Positions 26,465 to 38,800 of a stretch of DNA of 64,000 bases are shown here, one piece after another. A program made the position numbers and the translations under genes. Location: the IMG/VR virus record IMGVR_UViG_3300032290_001086; one strand, 5' to 3'. The notes under the pieces are model-generated. The model worked only from the letters and a program-made list of their open reading frames with translations, was not told the DNA's origin and ran no database searches. This DNA comes from a virus. Taxonomy: Duplodnaviria > Caudoviricetes. Position 1 is the first letter of the stretch. Every line of letters begins with the position of its first letter.

Positions 26465-28951
26465 ATGTCAATAAATCCTACATTACAGACTCCTGCTTTC
26501 CTAGGTAATAATGATTTTACTTGGTGGTTAGGAACAGTAGAAAACTCTGACGATAGAGATGCAAAATTAGGAAGAGTAAAAGTAAATATTCTTGGGTTTC
26601 ATCGTTCGGATGAAAAGCCAGATAATCTTCCATGGGCATTAGTATTGCAGCCAACTACAAATCCAGCAGTAGGTGGAATTGGAAATGCTGCTAATTGCTT
26701 GAAGCCTGGAAGTTTTGTTATGGGATTCTTTTTAGATTACCCAGATTGTCAACAACCTGTTGTGATGGGAACTTTTTATAGTCAAATAAAAAAAGTAATC
26801 GAACCAGACACTCAACAAGCTAGAGATAATCCAGGGGCTGTACACATTAGAAAGTCTAAAGGTTCCACCGAAACTGGACAACCACAAGAATCGGAAAATG
26901 TAGTTCCTACTGCAGAAAAAGCTAGTAATACAACATCAGAAACTGGTGGAGGAATTCCAGTTTCTGATAGCATTGCTGCTAAATCTTCTCCTGCATCTCC
27001 ATCAAACCCTTCTGGAAGAGTGGGTGCTGTTCCAATTGCAGATGGAAAAGATGGTCCACTAAAAATAATTAGTGAACAAATTAAGATGTGTATTGAAGAA
27101 CTTGGTAATATTTTCAAGACGGGTAAAGTATATCAACCAAATAAAGGTAATCCAGTATTAACTTCAGATATATCTAAAGAACAACAATATATTCCAATAT
27201 CTAATGTTAACGACTTTCCAGATTTCGGAAAAATAAAAATAGGAAGTGAATATATTGGGTATAATGGAAAGAATGAATATTCTCTGACAAATATTGTTAG
27301 AGGAATGAATTCAACAAAACCATCTCAATATACAAAAGGAACAAAGGTTACATACATACCAAAAACAGATAGTCCAATAGAAATTGTTGGCAAATTCACT
27401 GATAAAGTTGTAGATATTAAGTCTGCCGTAAATGCTTGTATATCTGTTATACGAAATTTAGTTTGGTATATTGTAAATGAAATAAAATCTTTCTTAATGA
27501 AAGAAGTAACAAAATATTTAAATATTCTTGGTCTTTCTTCAGTTAGTCCAATTCCATTTTTTGTAAAAACGGTAACTGAAGTAATCATTCAAGTACTAAG
27601 AACTATTGGATGTACTTTAGATGAAGCTCTCGTTGATGCAATAATGGGAGGAATCGAAGGATTTATTAATGAATTTGTAGAAAATTTAGCAGATCAGTTA
27701 ATAAGACAAACAGAACAATTTATTAATTTTGCAGAACAATGTATAAATGATGTATTTGGTTCTATTTTTCAGTTAACATCTATTGCAACTCAGATTGCCG
27801 ATGCAGTAGCTGGAATTACAGATTTAATATCTTCAGTTTCAAATATTGGAAATGCTGGAGATTTATTTGATAGTAATGGTATGGTTAATGCTGCAGCATT
27901 AGGTAGCGTTGGAAATATTGTTGGGTTTATTTTAAACTTACTTGGAATTGGTTGTAATAGAACTACTGATTCTCCATTGCAAATTACATGGGAAGATTGC
28001 CAGTTAACTGAAAATAATTGTAATCCATTTAATTTTGTTGTTACTGGTGGTATACCTGGAAGATGGAATCCAGAATATTCTAAATTATTTGTACAAACTT
28101 CTGAATCTGGACATACTATTGTAATGGACGATACTCCACATAGCAATAGACTTGTAATCGAAGCTGGTGGTAGTAAAACTGGATTTCATATTTTAGATAA
28201 TGGAGACATTGAAGTAACAAATAGTAATAATAAAACTGAAATAACTTTCGGCAAACAAAAGGTTATAATAAAAGGAGATGTATATACTGAAGTTAAAGGT
28301 AATTATCATTTACAAGTAGATGGAAATTATCATCTTAACGTTAATGGTCAGTATAACGTATATGCAAACAGAGAAAGCAAAATTACATATGGAGGAGAAC
28401 ATGAAACAATATTTAAAAGTGATTCAAAACTAAGTGCTGCTAATGGACTTGGAATTGCAGGATCTAAAATTGGATTTAGTGCTTCTGGACAATTAGATAT
28501 ACATACACCAACTTTATCTACTTATGTAACAGAACAAAATCATTTATGTACTGGATCTTGGAACTTGTATGCAAACTTTAAAAATGATTATATTGCATTG
28601 AATAAATTTTGTTTAGTCGGCGGAAATAAAACTTCATTACGAGCAGGATTAAATTCTGATATCGGTACAGGAGCTTCGCAAAAATATCAAGCAACAGCAG
28701 AGACTGTGTGGAAAGGAGGATTATATAGTCAAACTATAATAGGAGCATCAAATCAAGTTAAGATGTCAGTAGATAATAAAACCACAGTTGGAACTACTAC
28801 CGATAATTTATTTGCTACTAGATTAAAATCCGTTGTTGGCACAGACTTTAAAACTATGACTGGATTGAATTTTGACTTATCCGAAGGAATTGATTTTAAT
28901 TTATCCGATGCATTAACATTCACTCAATCTCCTGCTATAATGAACGCTTAA
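26465..28951 (+). CDS. gp5: Baseplate central spike gp5-like protein
   Basis: WWLG.VE…LGRVKV.I.G.H…LPWA…GFFLD…QQPVVMG OB domain; SGH….DDTP; V.GNY beta-helix repeats. Confidence 0.88.
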   Translation: MSINPTLQTPAFLGNNDFTWWLGTVENSDDRDAKLGRVKVNILGFHRSDEKPDNLPWALVLQPTTNPAVGGIGNAANCLKPGSFVMGFFLDYPDCQQPVVMGTFYSQIKKVIEPDTQQARDNPGAVHIRKSKGSTETGQPQESENVVPTAEKASNTTSETGGGIPVSDSIAAKSSPASPSNPSGRVGAVPIADGKDGPLKIISEQIKMCIEELGNIFKTGKVYQPNKGNPVLTSDISKEQQYIPISNVNDFPDFGKIKIGSEYIGYNGKNEYSLTNIVRGMNSTKPSQYTKGTKVTYIPKTDSPIEIVGKFTDKVVDIKSAVNACISVIRNLVWYIVNEIKSFLMKEVTKYLNILGLSSVSPIPFFVKTVTEVIIQVLRTIGCTLDEALVDAIMGGIEGFINEFVENLADQLIRQTEQFINFAEQCINDVFGSIFQLTSIATQIADAVAGITDLISSVSNIGNAGDLFDSNGMVNAAALGSVGNIVGFILNLLGIGCNRTTDSPLQITWEDCQLTENNCNPFNFVVTGGIPGRWNPEYSKLFVQTSESGHTIVMDDTPHSNRLVIEAGGSKTGFHILDNGDIEVTNSNNKTEITFGKQKVIIKGDVYTEVKGNYHLQVDGNYHLNVNGQYNVYANRESKITYGGEHETIFKSDSKLSAANGLGIAGSKIGFSASGQLDIHTPTLSTYVTEQNHLCTGSWNLYANFKNDYIALNKFCLVGGNKTSLRAGLNSDIGTGASQKYQATAETVWKGGLYSQTIIGASNQVKMSVDNKTTVGTTTDNLFATRLKSVVGTDFKTMTGLNFDLSEGIDFNLSDALTFTQSPAIMNA

Positions 28952-28969
28952 ATATAATTTACTTAGTAC

Positions 28970-28998
28970 TTGACAGGTCGATCTGTCTGTGCTATACT
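28970..28998 (+). promoter_or_regulatory. sigma70-type promoter
   Basis: TTGACA, 17 nt, TG-extended TATACT. Confidence 0.8.
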
Positions 28999-29022
28999 AT
29001 ACAAGTAAATCGAATACACCTT

Positions 29023-29208
29023 ATGCAAATCACAGACTACTCAACTTTAGGTAGGGTTGAAATTGATATGTTGTCTAGAGTTATTCATTTACACGGTGAT
29101 GATGGTGAATACCTTAAAGTAGAAGAATCTAATCCAGAGGATTTTACTAAGATGTGTGCGTTCGTCAATCAAACTCTGACCCCAGATATGATTGAGTACA
29201 AGTATTGA
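29023..29208 (+). CDS. Hypothetical cyanophage protein
   Basis: ORF track, downstream of promoter. Confidence 0.7.
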   Translation: MQITDYSTLGRVEIDMLSRVIHLHGDDGEYLKVEESNPEDFTKMCAFVNQTLTPDMIEYKY

Positions 29209-29233
29209 CAAAATACGGAATCCATATTATGAT
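29205..29233 (+). promoter_or_regulatory. sigma70-type promoter for tRNA-Leu transcript
   Basis: TTGACA 29205-29210, 17 nt, TATGAT 29228-29233. Confidence 0.75.
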
Positions 29234-29352
29234 AGTCTTGTCCGTGTGAAGGAAGTTTAAAAAATGACACTTTACTTAGTCATTTAAATACAAATCTCAA
29301 AATAGTTTTTGATGTTAATCTTTTCATAAGAGTATTTTGAGATTTTTTTTAC

Positions 29353-29436
29353 GGGAGCGTGGCGTAATTGGTAGCCGCATCAGACTTAAAATCTGCTGGT
29401 CGTATGACCGTGGGGGTTCGAGTCCCCCCGCTCCTA
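29353..29436 (+). tRNA. tRNA-Leu(UAA)
   Basis: GGGAGCG/CGCTCCT acceptor, CAGA-CTTAAAA-TCTG anticodon arm, long V arm, GGTTCGAGTCC. Confidence 0.97.
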
Positions 29437-29444
29437 TATAAATA
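29437..29444 (+). promoter_or_regulatory. T4 late promoter for speD
   Basis: TATAAATA. Confidence 0.7.
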
Positions 29445-29470
29445 ACCCTGTATTATTTTTAGTTGGTATA

Positions 29471-29806
29471 TTGGAAAAGCTAGGTAAGCATTGTGTTGCA
29501 GAGGTATATGGCTGCCCGCATGAAATTTTAAATAATGAGCAACTTCTAGTGGAAACATTTAAAGAAGCTATTATACTTTCTGGGGCTACCTTGTTGAATA
29601 TAGCATCGCATAAATTTGATCCGCAAGGAGTTACTATAGTTGCGTTATTATCTGAAAGTCATATAAGTATACACACTTGGCCAGAGTTAGGAAGTGCTGC
29701 TTTGGATGTGTTTACTTGTGGTATCAGTCAACCAGAACTAGCTTTGCTTCATTGTGTTGAAGTATTGAAACCAACAAATTATAACATGAAATGCTTTGAT
29801 AGATAA
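29471..29806 (+). CDS. speD: Pyruvoyl-dependent S-adenosylmethionine decarboxylase family proenzyme (TTG start)
   Basis: LGKH, HKF.PQGVT…LSESHISIHTWPE…DVFTCG. Confidence 0.92.
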   Translation: MEKLGKHCVAEVYGCPHEILNNEQLLVETFKEAIILSGATLLNIASHKFDPQGVTIVALLSESHISIHTWPELGSAALDVFTCGISQPELALLHCVEVLKPTNYNMKCFDR

Positions 29807-29811
29807 TTCTG

Positions 29812-29819
29812 TATAAATA
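29812..29819 (+). promoter_or_regulatory. T4 late promoter for the giant gene
   Basis: TATAAATA 35 nt upstream of ATG 29855. Confidence 0.75.
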
Positions 29820-29854
29820 AACTTAGATTTCAAGCTCTCTACGGAAATAGAAAT

Positions 29855-32800
29855 ATGGCTCTAACTAGAGTAACTTCTGGTGGTATTGCAGAAGGCGTAG
29901 TTATTAGATTTAGTGGAAACGGCACTCCAGAATACCGTGTGCCAGGATCACCTGCAATTACGTTTGAGAACGACACAGATACAGGCGTATACAATCCAAA
30001 TCCAAATGAACTTGCAATTACTACTGGAGGAACTGCTAGACTAATTTTCAAGTCTGATGGTCAGATTGTTACTGGGAACGGAACTTCTCTTGGAGGTACT
30101 AACCCAGACTTCGCAAATGCTACAAATATTGTTCTTTACGTTAACCAGTCAGATAAGAACGCAACTGATGTAGAGACAAACGACGGCGGTAATATTAACA
30201 GACCTTTTAAAACAATTGAGAGAGGACTTGTAGAAGCAGCAAGAAAGAGTTATGTAGCACAAGGACAAGACAGATTTGAAGCGTACACCATTATGGTGTT
30301 ACCTGGAGATTATACAATTGATAACCGTCCAGGTATTGATGTAACTACTAACCCACTTGCTGCTTCTGCATCAGAAACCCCAGGATCTTCTGCAACAACT
30401 GGAAATCTTGCAACAGGATCTGCATGGAGATTTAACCCAAGAAATGGTGGGGTCATTGTACCTAGAGGTACTTCTATTGTTGGTTATGACCTAAGAAAGA
30501 CAGTTATTCGTCCTAAGTATGTTCCATCACCAATTTCTGATGACGGAAGCATAACAAGTGACAACTATGTGATTAGTGGTGTCATGTATGATGCTGCTAA
30601 TATGATTCAGAAGGCTCGTGGATTTATTGTAGAGCAAGCATTTTTACATGCAAAGCAACTATATCCTTCCATTGGAAATATCAATGAAACTTGCAAAAGA
30701 GATATTGGATACATTGTAGATGCTGTTATTACTGACCTTAGAGAAGGTGGTAACGCAAATTCATTTGTAGCTGGTGAATTCTATACTGATGGAACTTCAC
30801 TAAGATTTATTGCTGATGGTACTGAAAAAATTGCGACTCTAGCTGCATTCAATAAAGCTAGAGATATCATGCTTCATGCTATTAATGCATGGATTACTAA
30901 TAATGTTCCTGCTAATTATAGCTTTACTGAGATTACAACTGGAGCTACTCCAGGTCTCAAGCCTTCATATACTAGTACTGGTGTAAATAAGGATTATTCT
31001 ACTGGTAGCACATATGATTCTTCATGTGCTACTGCAGAGTCTGCAATTATTAGTTTAATGGGTATTATTACTGGCATTGTCAGTAATCCAGATACTTATA
31101 CCGAGTTATACAAGAAAGTTCTAGGTGTTGGGTTCCAAACATCAATCTTTAAAGTAACTGGTGGCTGCTACTTCTGGCAGATGACCTTTAAAGATGCCAA
31201 GACAAATCCATTAAATTCTGTAACCTATAATGGAAGTGGAATTCCAACATTCACTCAAGCAACTACGCCATTCTATTCTCACCACAGAGTTGTTTCATTT
31301 ACTTATGCAGATCAAAGAACAACTGATGGTGAACTAGATAAGTACTATAAGAGAATTGACTCTTGGGCTGCAGATATTACTGTTGGCAATGAGCCAAGAA
31401 TTGCACGTCCAGAAGAATATACTATCGTTGGTGATGCTTCTACTAAGCAAAGTATTGATACTGTAAACTCTGCATCTCCTTACATCTTTAACTGTTCACT
31501 ACGTTCTATCCTCGGTCTTTGCGGTATGCATACCGATGGTAGTAAAGTTAAAGAGAGTAGCTTCAAGTCTATGGTTGTTGCTCAGTTCACTGGAATTTCT
31601 CTACAGAAAGATCCAAACGCATACTGGCAACCAAGAAACGCAACTGGTAGAGTATATACAGATTCTCTTACAACATTCCAAACTGGAGATTCAATACGAA
31701 ACGTAGAAAATGAATCTGAGAGTATAGACAATCTTGGCCCAATCTATGCAGATCCAAACGCAGAATATAAGCATGATTGGAGACACTTCCACATTAAAGC
31801 TTCTGAAGGTGCATTCATTCAGGTAGTTTCGGTTTTCGCAGTTGGCTATGCGGACCAATTCTTGGCAGTTAATGGTGGTGATATGTCCATCACCAACTCT
31901 AACTCTAACTTTGGACATATTGCACTCAGAGCAGTTGGAAACAAATTTACTGTAGATCCACCTTCTGCATATGGTAAAATTACAGCACTTATTCCTCCTG
32001 CTGGTATTTCCAATACTTCACAGTATACTGAAATTTATCCAATTGCAACTGACATTACTTGGAAAGCAAACCTTGGAGAATCCGCAGAAAAAACTCAGCC
32101 ATTCTGGGGACAGGCAAAGACTAACTTTAGTACTGCTAATGGAAACTTCTTTAAATTATATCTTGAAATTCCAGGAGTACAGGCAGAATCAGATATTCCA
32201 GAACTTGTAGTAGAATCAAAAGATGTAAATACTGGAAATATAGTAGTTAAAAGATTCTTAACATTTGGCGCAAATAATAACTACAATTTATTCAGAGATT
32301 ATTACACCACTGCTGGGGTGCAAGCTCAGGCAGATTGTAAAATTTCTAACCAAGTAGATACTGCTACTGGTGGAGTTTCAAACTACGAAGCAGTCATTGA
32401 ACTTGCTGCATCAGCTACTGGGGATAATACAACTAACGTACCAGGCAACCTTCAGAGACAAGGTTACTTCTGGGATCCAAGTAGACAAAAAGTTTATTTA
32501 AAAATCAACCCAAATTACACCTCATCTAGAACATATGTTGCAGACTTCTTATTTTCTAGCGTAATTGAAACTCAATTCGTAACAGTAACAGAAACTCTTC
32601 CAGATGGAAGCAGCCAGGTTGTTTCTAGAACTGAGGATGTAAATGTACTAGAATGGTGGGATTCATTCCCAGGAAGTATTACATCTGCGAAGTTTGTTGA
32701 TGCTAGAGCAGCAAATCCAAATGATTTACTCTGGAGAGTTAAGTACGTTATTCCTAAGGATTATAGAGATCCAGATTTGAAAGTTCTTACTCCAAAGCCA

Positions 32801-35800
32801 CCAGAAAAGAGATTTATTATTAAAGGTACTGCTCCAGGAAATGATGGATACGGTATTCCATATAGTAGCTATAGGTTTACAATTTGGGATGTACAAGAAA
32901 TTGATACTTGGGAAAGAGATGTTAGAGATGGTGTATACTATCTAACAGTATTAAGAGCTGATGTTGATAAATTTATGGATGGTGATAGTGGTTCATATAA
33001 GAACTCACCAATCACATTAACTCGTGATGATCAATATCAAACTATTGTTGCAGATGGACTATCTGAACTTTATAGAAATGATAATAATTATAGAGTATCT
33101 ACTAACGTAAACTACCTATATCCTTCAACTAACGAAGAAGGTAATATCACTAATGCAAGAACAATTTGGAACCCACCACAAACAGATTCACGTTGTATTG
33201 TTGAATATCTCAGTGGGCAGGGTGCTAATGGAGCATATAGACCAAAAGATGTTTCTGTACCTAACAAAAAATATTATAATACATCAGTATCAACCACTCC
33301 ATTCTATGAAGTTCCTGCATTAACATCTGTTACTGCAGAAGCTTGCCATAGACTTGTAGCAGCATTAAATCTTTGCTATGTTAAAAACGTATCTACTACA
33401 TCTACCCAAATTAAGGTAGCTCCAGTTTGCAGTTGGGATGCTAGAACTACATTTGGAACTCAAACTATTAATGGTACTGCTAATACTGCATTATTCAATT
33501 CAGTATCTACTACGTTCAATATCTATGGTGATGTAAGTGAAAGCAATCCTACAAACTATAGATGGGGTTCTGGTAAATCATTCAACTCAACTAGTGATTT
33601 AAATCAATATGGTGTTAATGGATCTGAAGAAGATAGAAAGATTGTCTGTTGTTCATATTCACCTTCAGTTACAAATATTACAAATGGTAATGAAGTAACT
33701 AACGAAAGTAATACTATTCTTTCTCTAGGTCCAGTAGTACCTCTTTACAGACCATCTATTCTTCGTGCATCTTCACATACATGGGAATACATTGGTATTG
33801 GTCCTGGTAACTATTCAACTGGTTTCCCAAATCTACAGACCAGAGTTCTCAAGCCATATGAGCAATTCATTGTTCAGGGATATGAAAATGGTGGTGGTTT
33901 CATTGCATCATCAGGTACAAACTCTGCTGGTGACTTCTACATCGGAAACCAAGTTATTCAAGCTGGTGGTCAGTCCACTACAACTCTAAACGTACCAAAA
34001 GTTCGTAAATCTTCAGAATCAAACTCAGTTGATTTTACTGATATTGAAAACAGAATTGCAAACAACGTTATTAACGTTATTGCATCTGAAAATAGAAGTT
34101 CTGCTAGCCAGAATCTTCTCAAGGGGCTTTCAAACTTCTTCACTACTGCAAGATTAACTGTTTCTGATAGAGCTAATATTCAAACTCTATACATCACTGA
34201 TAAACTTTATATTGCAAATACTAAGATTCTCAACGGAGATAAGTTCCCAGAAGGCGGTCCCGAAGGATATGGTTTTGCTAAGGGTGCAAGACCAGAAAAG
34301 ACTGGTTTTATTGCAACTGATACTAATGATAGACTTTATGTATCTCCTAAATTCCTTGATGCATGGAGAATTAAGAAGAAGATTCTATCTGCTTCAAACG
34401 TTAACCTAGATAACAACAGAATCTATATTGAACCACTCAGCAGAACATTTATTAATTCTATACAAACTAGTTTAACTACCGCTCTCACAATTCCAACATT
34501 ATTCAATGGAAGCCTTGTAAGAAATATAGTTGGTGGTGTAACTTATGGTGTATTAACTATTACTGGTGGTGCAACTGCAACTTCTCTAAATCTATACGTT
34601 GGAATGAAAATTGCTCAGTATGTAACTTCTGGAAGTGCTGTTCTTACTGGCGAGGCAAGAATTAAATCAATTGATTCCACAACTCAGGTTACTTTAGAAA
34701 ATGTAACTGCTGTTCCCGCAACTTCAACTTCTGGTCAATTCTATGGAATTGATAGAATCAGATTGTTTGATACCAGTGGATTACCTCCATTTGGTAGAAT
34801 TGATCTTGAAATGTCAATCAACCAAATTACTGCAGAAGATTATATTCTTGATTCTGGCATTAAGTACTACTTCAATCCTACTATTAATATTTCTTTACAG
34901 TATGATGATATTGATTATACTAATAACACTCTTGAAGTAACAACAATTCAAAATTACCTTTCATATTATGATTATGTACGTAGTGTTCTACCAGCTTCTA
35001 GTGCGTTCAATCTACATACAATTACAAGAAATTATTCCTCAGTTCTACCTGTAATTGATAGTGATGCAACTTTAACTGATACTCAGTATCTAAGTGGAAC
35101 TATTACTGGAGTAACTGCACATCCAACTGCAGGACTAATTTCAAACACTTCAATTCCTTCAAGTATTGTTGATGTTCCTAGAAATGATTTCTTAGTAAGA
35201 ATCGGCGTAAGCTCCACATTCTATAATACTGTTCCTTCCAGAGGTGCAGTAACCATTAGAAGAAGTGTGTCTGGATCAGTAAGATATACAACATTGGTAT
35301 ACTTCAAGAATACTAATTTCTCCAATCAACTTTGTATTCTAAGAAGAATTGATACTCAATCTAAGAGTGATAGCTCATTTACTTACAGCACTAGCGATCC
35401 ATTCACTAAGATCTTCTTTACTGGTTCTACTTGCTATGCATCTTATGGAGATAAGTGGACGTTTGAATCCGCATTCATTCCTTCAGTAGAAACAATTACG
35501 GAAGATGTAGACATCGAAAGTGCAACTCTATACACATTACCAGAAAAGCCTGTTCCATATACTGGAGATGTAGATACAACATATACAGATTCTATTGTTC
35601 CAAACCCAGTAACCTCAAAAGCTCTTGGTGCAAACTTACAGACCAAGCGTGCAGTTAAGACCTTCCAGCCATTTGAAACCCTAACTCAAGCAGCTAAGTT
35701 TGCAGAAGAGTCTGCATTTGGTCCAACTGATGAAATTGAAATTCTAATGAAGCCTGGTTACTACAGACTTGTTGGATCTACATTCCCATGTCAAGTTAGA

Positions 35801-38800
35801 ATTAATGGTTCTGGAGTAACAAGCACTACAGAGCAATACTCTAAAGAATTTGCTAAGAGATCTGCTGGAAGAATCGGTGGATATGCATTAACAGATGTTC
35901 GTTCTGGAGATAGCGTAAACTTCTTTAGAAGTGCAGATTTCAGTAACAACTATGCAGGTAGAACTGACTTACTCTATGTTTCAACTGGTGGAAGAAATAT
36001 TACTTCTACTGGTGGTCTAGACATTAGTAATGTACACTTCTTAGGTCTCAATGAAGCTATCACAAGAAATGAGATTCTTGATAACTCATACTCTGATGAT
36101 ACACAAGTTATTATTTCAAGAAGAAGAGTAAGAAAAGCATGGTATGTTAAGAAGTCAACTGGATTCCCAACAAGCACTGCTGGTGTTCTTGGTGGACTTG
36201 GTTTCCATGCAACTTATGCAAGTACAACTGGAAAACCATCATTTAGTTATACTGTAAATGATGCAGGATTAACTGATGAATCTGGTGTAATTGTAGCTCC
36301 AGCAGTAGATGTTAATAATGTTGCAAAAGATGCTAGGTACATGGTTATCACATTTACTGCAACTAACTTTAGCAGCACATCTGGTTCTCCAAGTGATAAC
36401 CAAAGATTTAATTGGATTAAAGATTATGTAATTCCTGGAACTACGTTATTCTATTTCCCAAATAATACTGGAACTAGTGCTACTGTAGATTCTACTACTA
36501 GAAAGACTAGAGTTCTTGATGTAAGAAAGAACTTTACTGGAACTACTCTTACTAGCATTCAAGTTTATGTTGCGATGTACGATGGTGGTGGATTTACTTC
36601 AGAAGATGAAGATTTAAATATCAGTGAGATTAATGATCTAACTAATGGACTCTATTTTGTATTTGTTAATCGTGATGGTGATGAGTTTGTAACTCTTACT
36701 TACAACTGGTGTTTAGAAATGAGACGCCAGTTACTGCCAAAAACATTTACAACTTCTGGAGAAGGATATGATCCAACTTCAGTTGACACCCCAGAAATTT
36801 ATGGAATCATTGCAGGTTACACTAGAGATACTCTAAACTTAGTTATCGACCTTAATCCTACTGCAGATTTTGGTGGAATCAGAACATTCTCATTCACTAC
36901 TGCAGGAGCTGCAGCTGGAGATGAAACTTATAATGGAATTACTCCAGTAAGTCCACCTACATCTGGAGGAACTGGAGCACAATTTACAGTCACCAGAAGT
37001 GGTGGAGTATATAGCGTACTTATAGCAGAGGCTGGTTCTGGATATAAGATTGGTGATATAATCACACTTTCTGGAACTGCAGTTGGTGGTGGATCTAATA
37101 TCACTGTAACAGTTGGAGCAATTACTCCTGCTAAGTCTAGATATACAGGTGCAGGAATTATGGGCAAGCACCCATCTATTCTTGTTAAGATCGGTGATAC
37201 AAGTGAAGAATATAGTGTAACTATTCCAACCACACCTAATGGATTCCTAAGAACTTATGGATTTACAAATGATAGATTCTATCTATTGGAAGTAAACTCC
37301 GCTGTTATTGGAAGTACTACTGATAATATTGGTGTAAATGGTACTGTAGTTGGTGGATTCTCTGGTTATGGTTTCTCTGATATTAATGGATATAGTGCTC
37401 TAGACGGAGGAACATTTACATTTGAAGGTAAGACTTATCCTCAATCTGCAAGAAGAAAGACTGTATTTTCAAGCAGAGCTGAGCTTGATGCTGTTGCTAA
37501 GTATAATCTATATCAGTCTGGAGGTAATCAATCTGCAAATCCATACGGATACTACAGAAGTGGTGCTCTCGGAATGACCACAAGAGGCAGAGAAATTTTC
37601 ATTAACTATGCACAAAATTATAGAATTTCTAGAAAGAAATTCCCAACTTCTGCTCCTCCTTCAGTCGGAAATCTAGGTACTACTTTAATTAGAGTAAATG
37701 GTATTCCTGGAAGTACAAACCAAGTAACTCTTAGTGATGTAACTGTCGGTGCATTCTCAGATTCTAGTGACAGATCCAACACATATGGTGGTGGATATAA
37801 CGGGGGTCTAATTGCAATTAATAATGGCCAAATTAATATCCGTGGTCTCAGAATTAGAGGTAATTTAATTCTTGATTGGTCCAGTCTTCTAACTGCTGGT
37901 GGAGCTTCTAGATTAAATTCAAATAATAAATTTGGATATGGTCACTCTGTAGATTTAATTGAGCCTAGAGAAACTTCCTATGTAACTGGAATTGGTGCTA
38001 ATAATTATAGAAGATTGAATGTAAGTAAGGATGATATTAACTTCCAGTACTATACGACATATACAAGAACAAATAATATGTATATTGAGCCTAATTTCCT
38101 ACCAACTGGAAAGAGGGTTGATTATGACTCAAGAGCATTCCCAATCACAACCATTGCTGCAATTCCTAAATTTGATGACCAAACTTTAAATTATAAGACT
38201 CAAGTTATACTAGATGAGAAGTTTAGCACACAAAGACTGATTTATGCATCAAGTGGTGCAAATACAAGTGGATATAATCTAAGATATAATAACACTACTA
38301 CAACTATTCCTGCTAATACTCCTGGAGGACATCCAAACTCTGCTAAGGAACTTCTCAGAAAAACTCTGGTATTTACTCTTCCTTATAGCACTGAAAATGA
38401 GCAAAATATTGCAGAAAATATCGCTAAAAATGTATTCCCTAACTTTACTAAAATTGTAAGATTTGGTAACACTGATTCTGTTCTTGCTACTGTTACTCAA
38501 CTTTCATTCTATAATCAACTAGGAGTAGCATATTTTGAGATTACTTTCAGTGGAAATATTGAATATAATAATCTAGATAAGACAGATGGCACTCCATCAA
38601 ATTGGACTGGATTTGAACTTCAATTACTAACTAACTATATTCCATCCCAGAGATTTAATTATCTTGCTACACTAACAACAAGATATAAGAAGATTGCAAA
38701 CTCTGATGTTATCAGTTCTACTGGTGCTGCAGTTGGAACATATTCAAGACTAGAAATTGGATATGATGCTGCACAGAAGCGTTCTGTATTTGCAGAAAAT

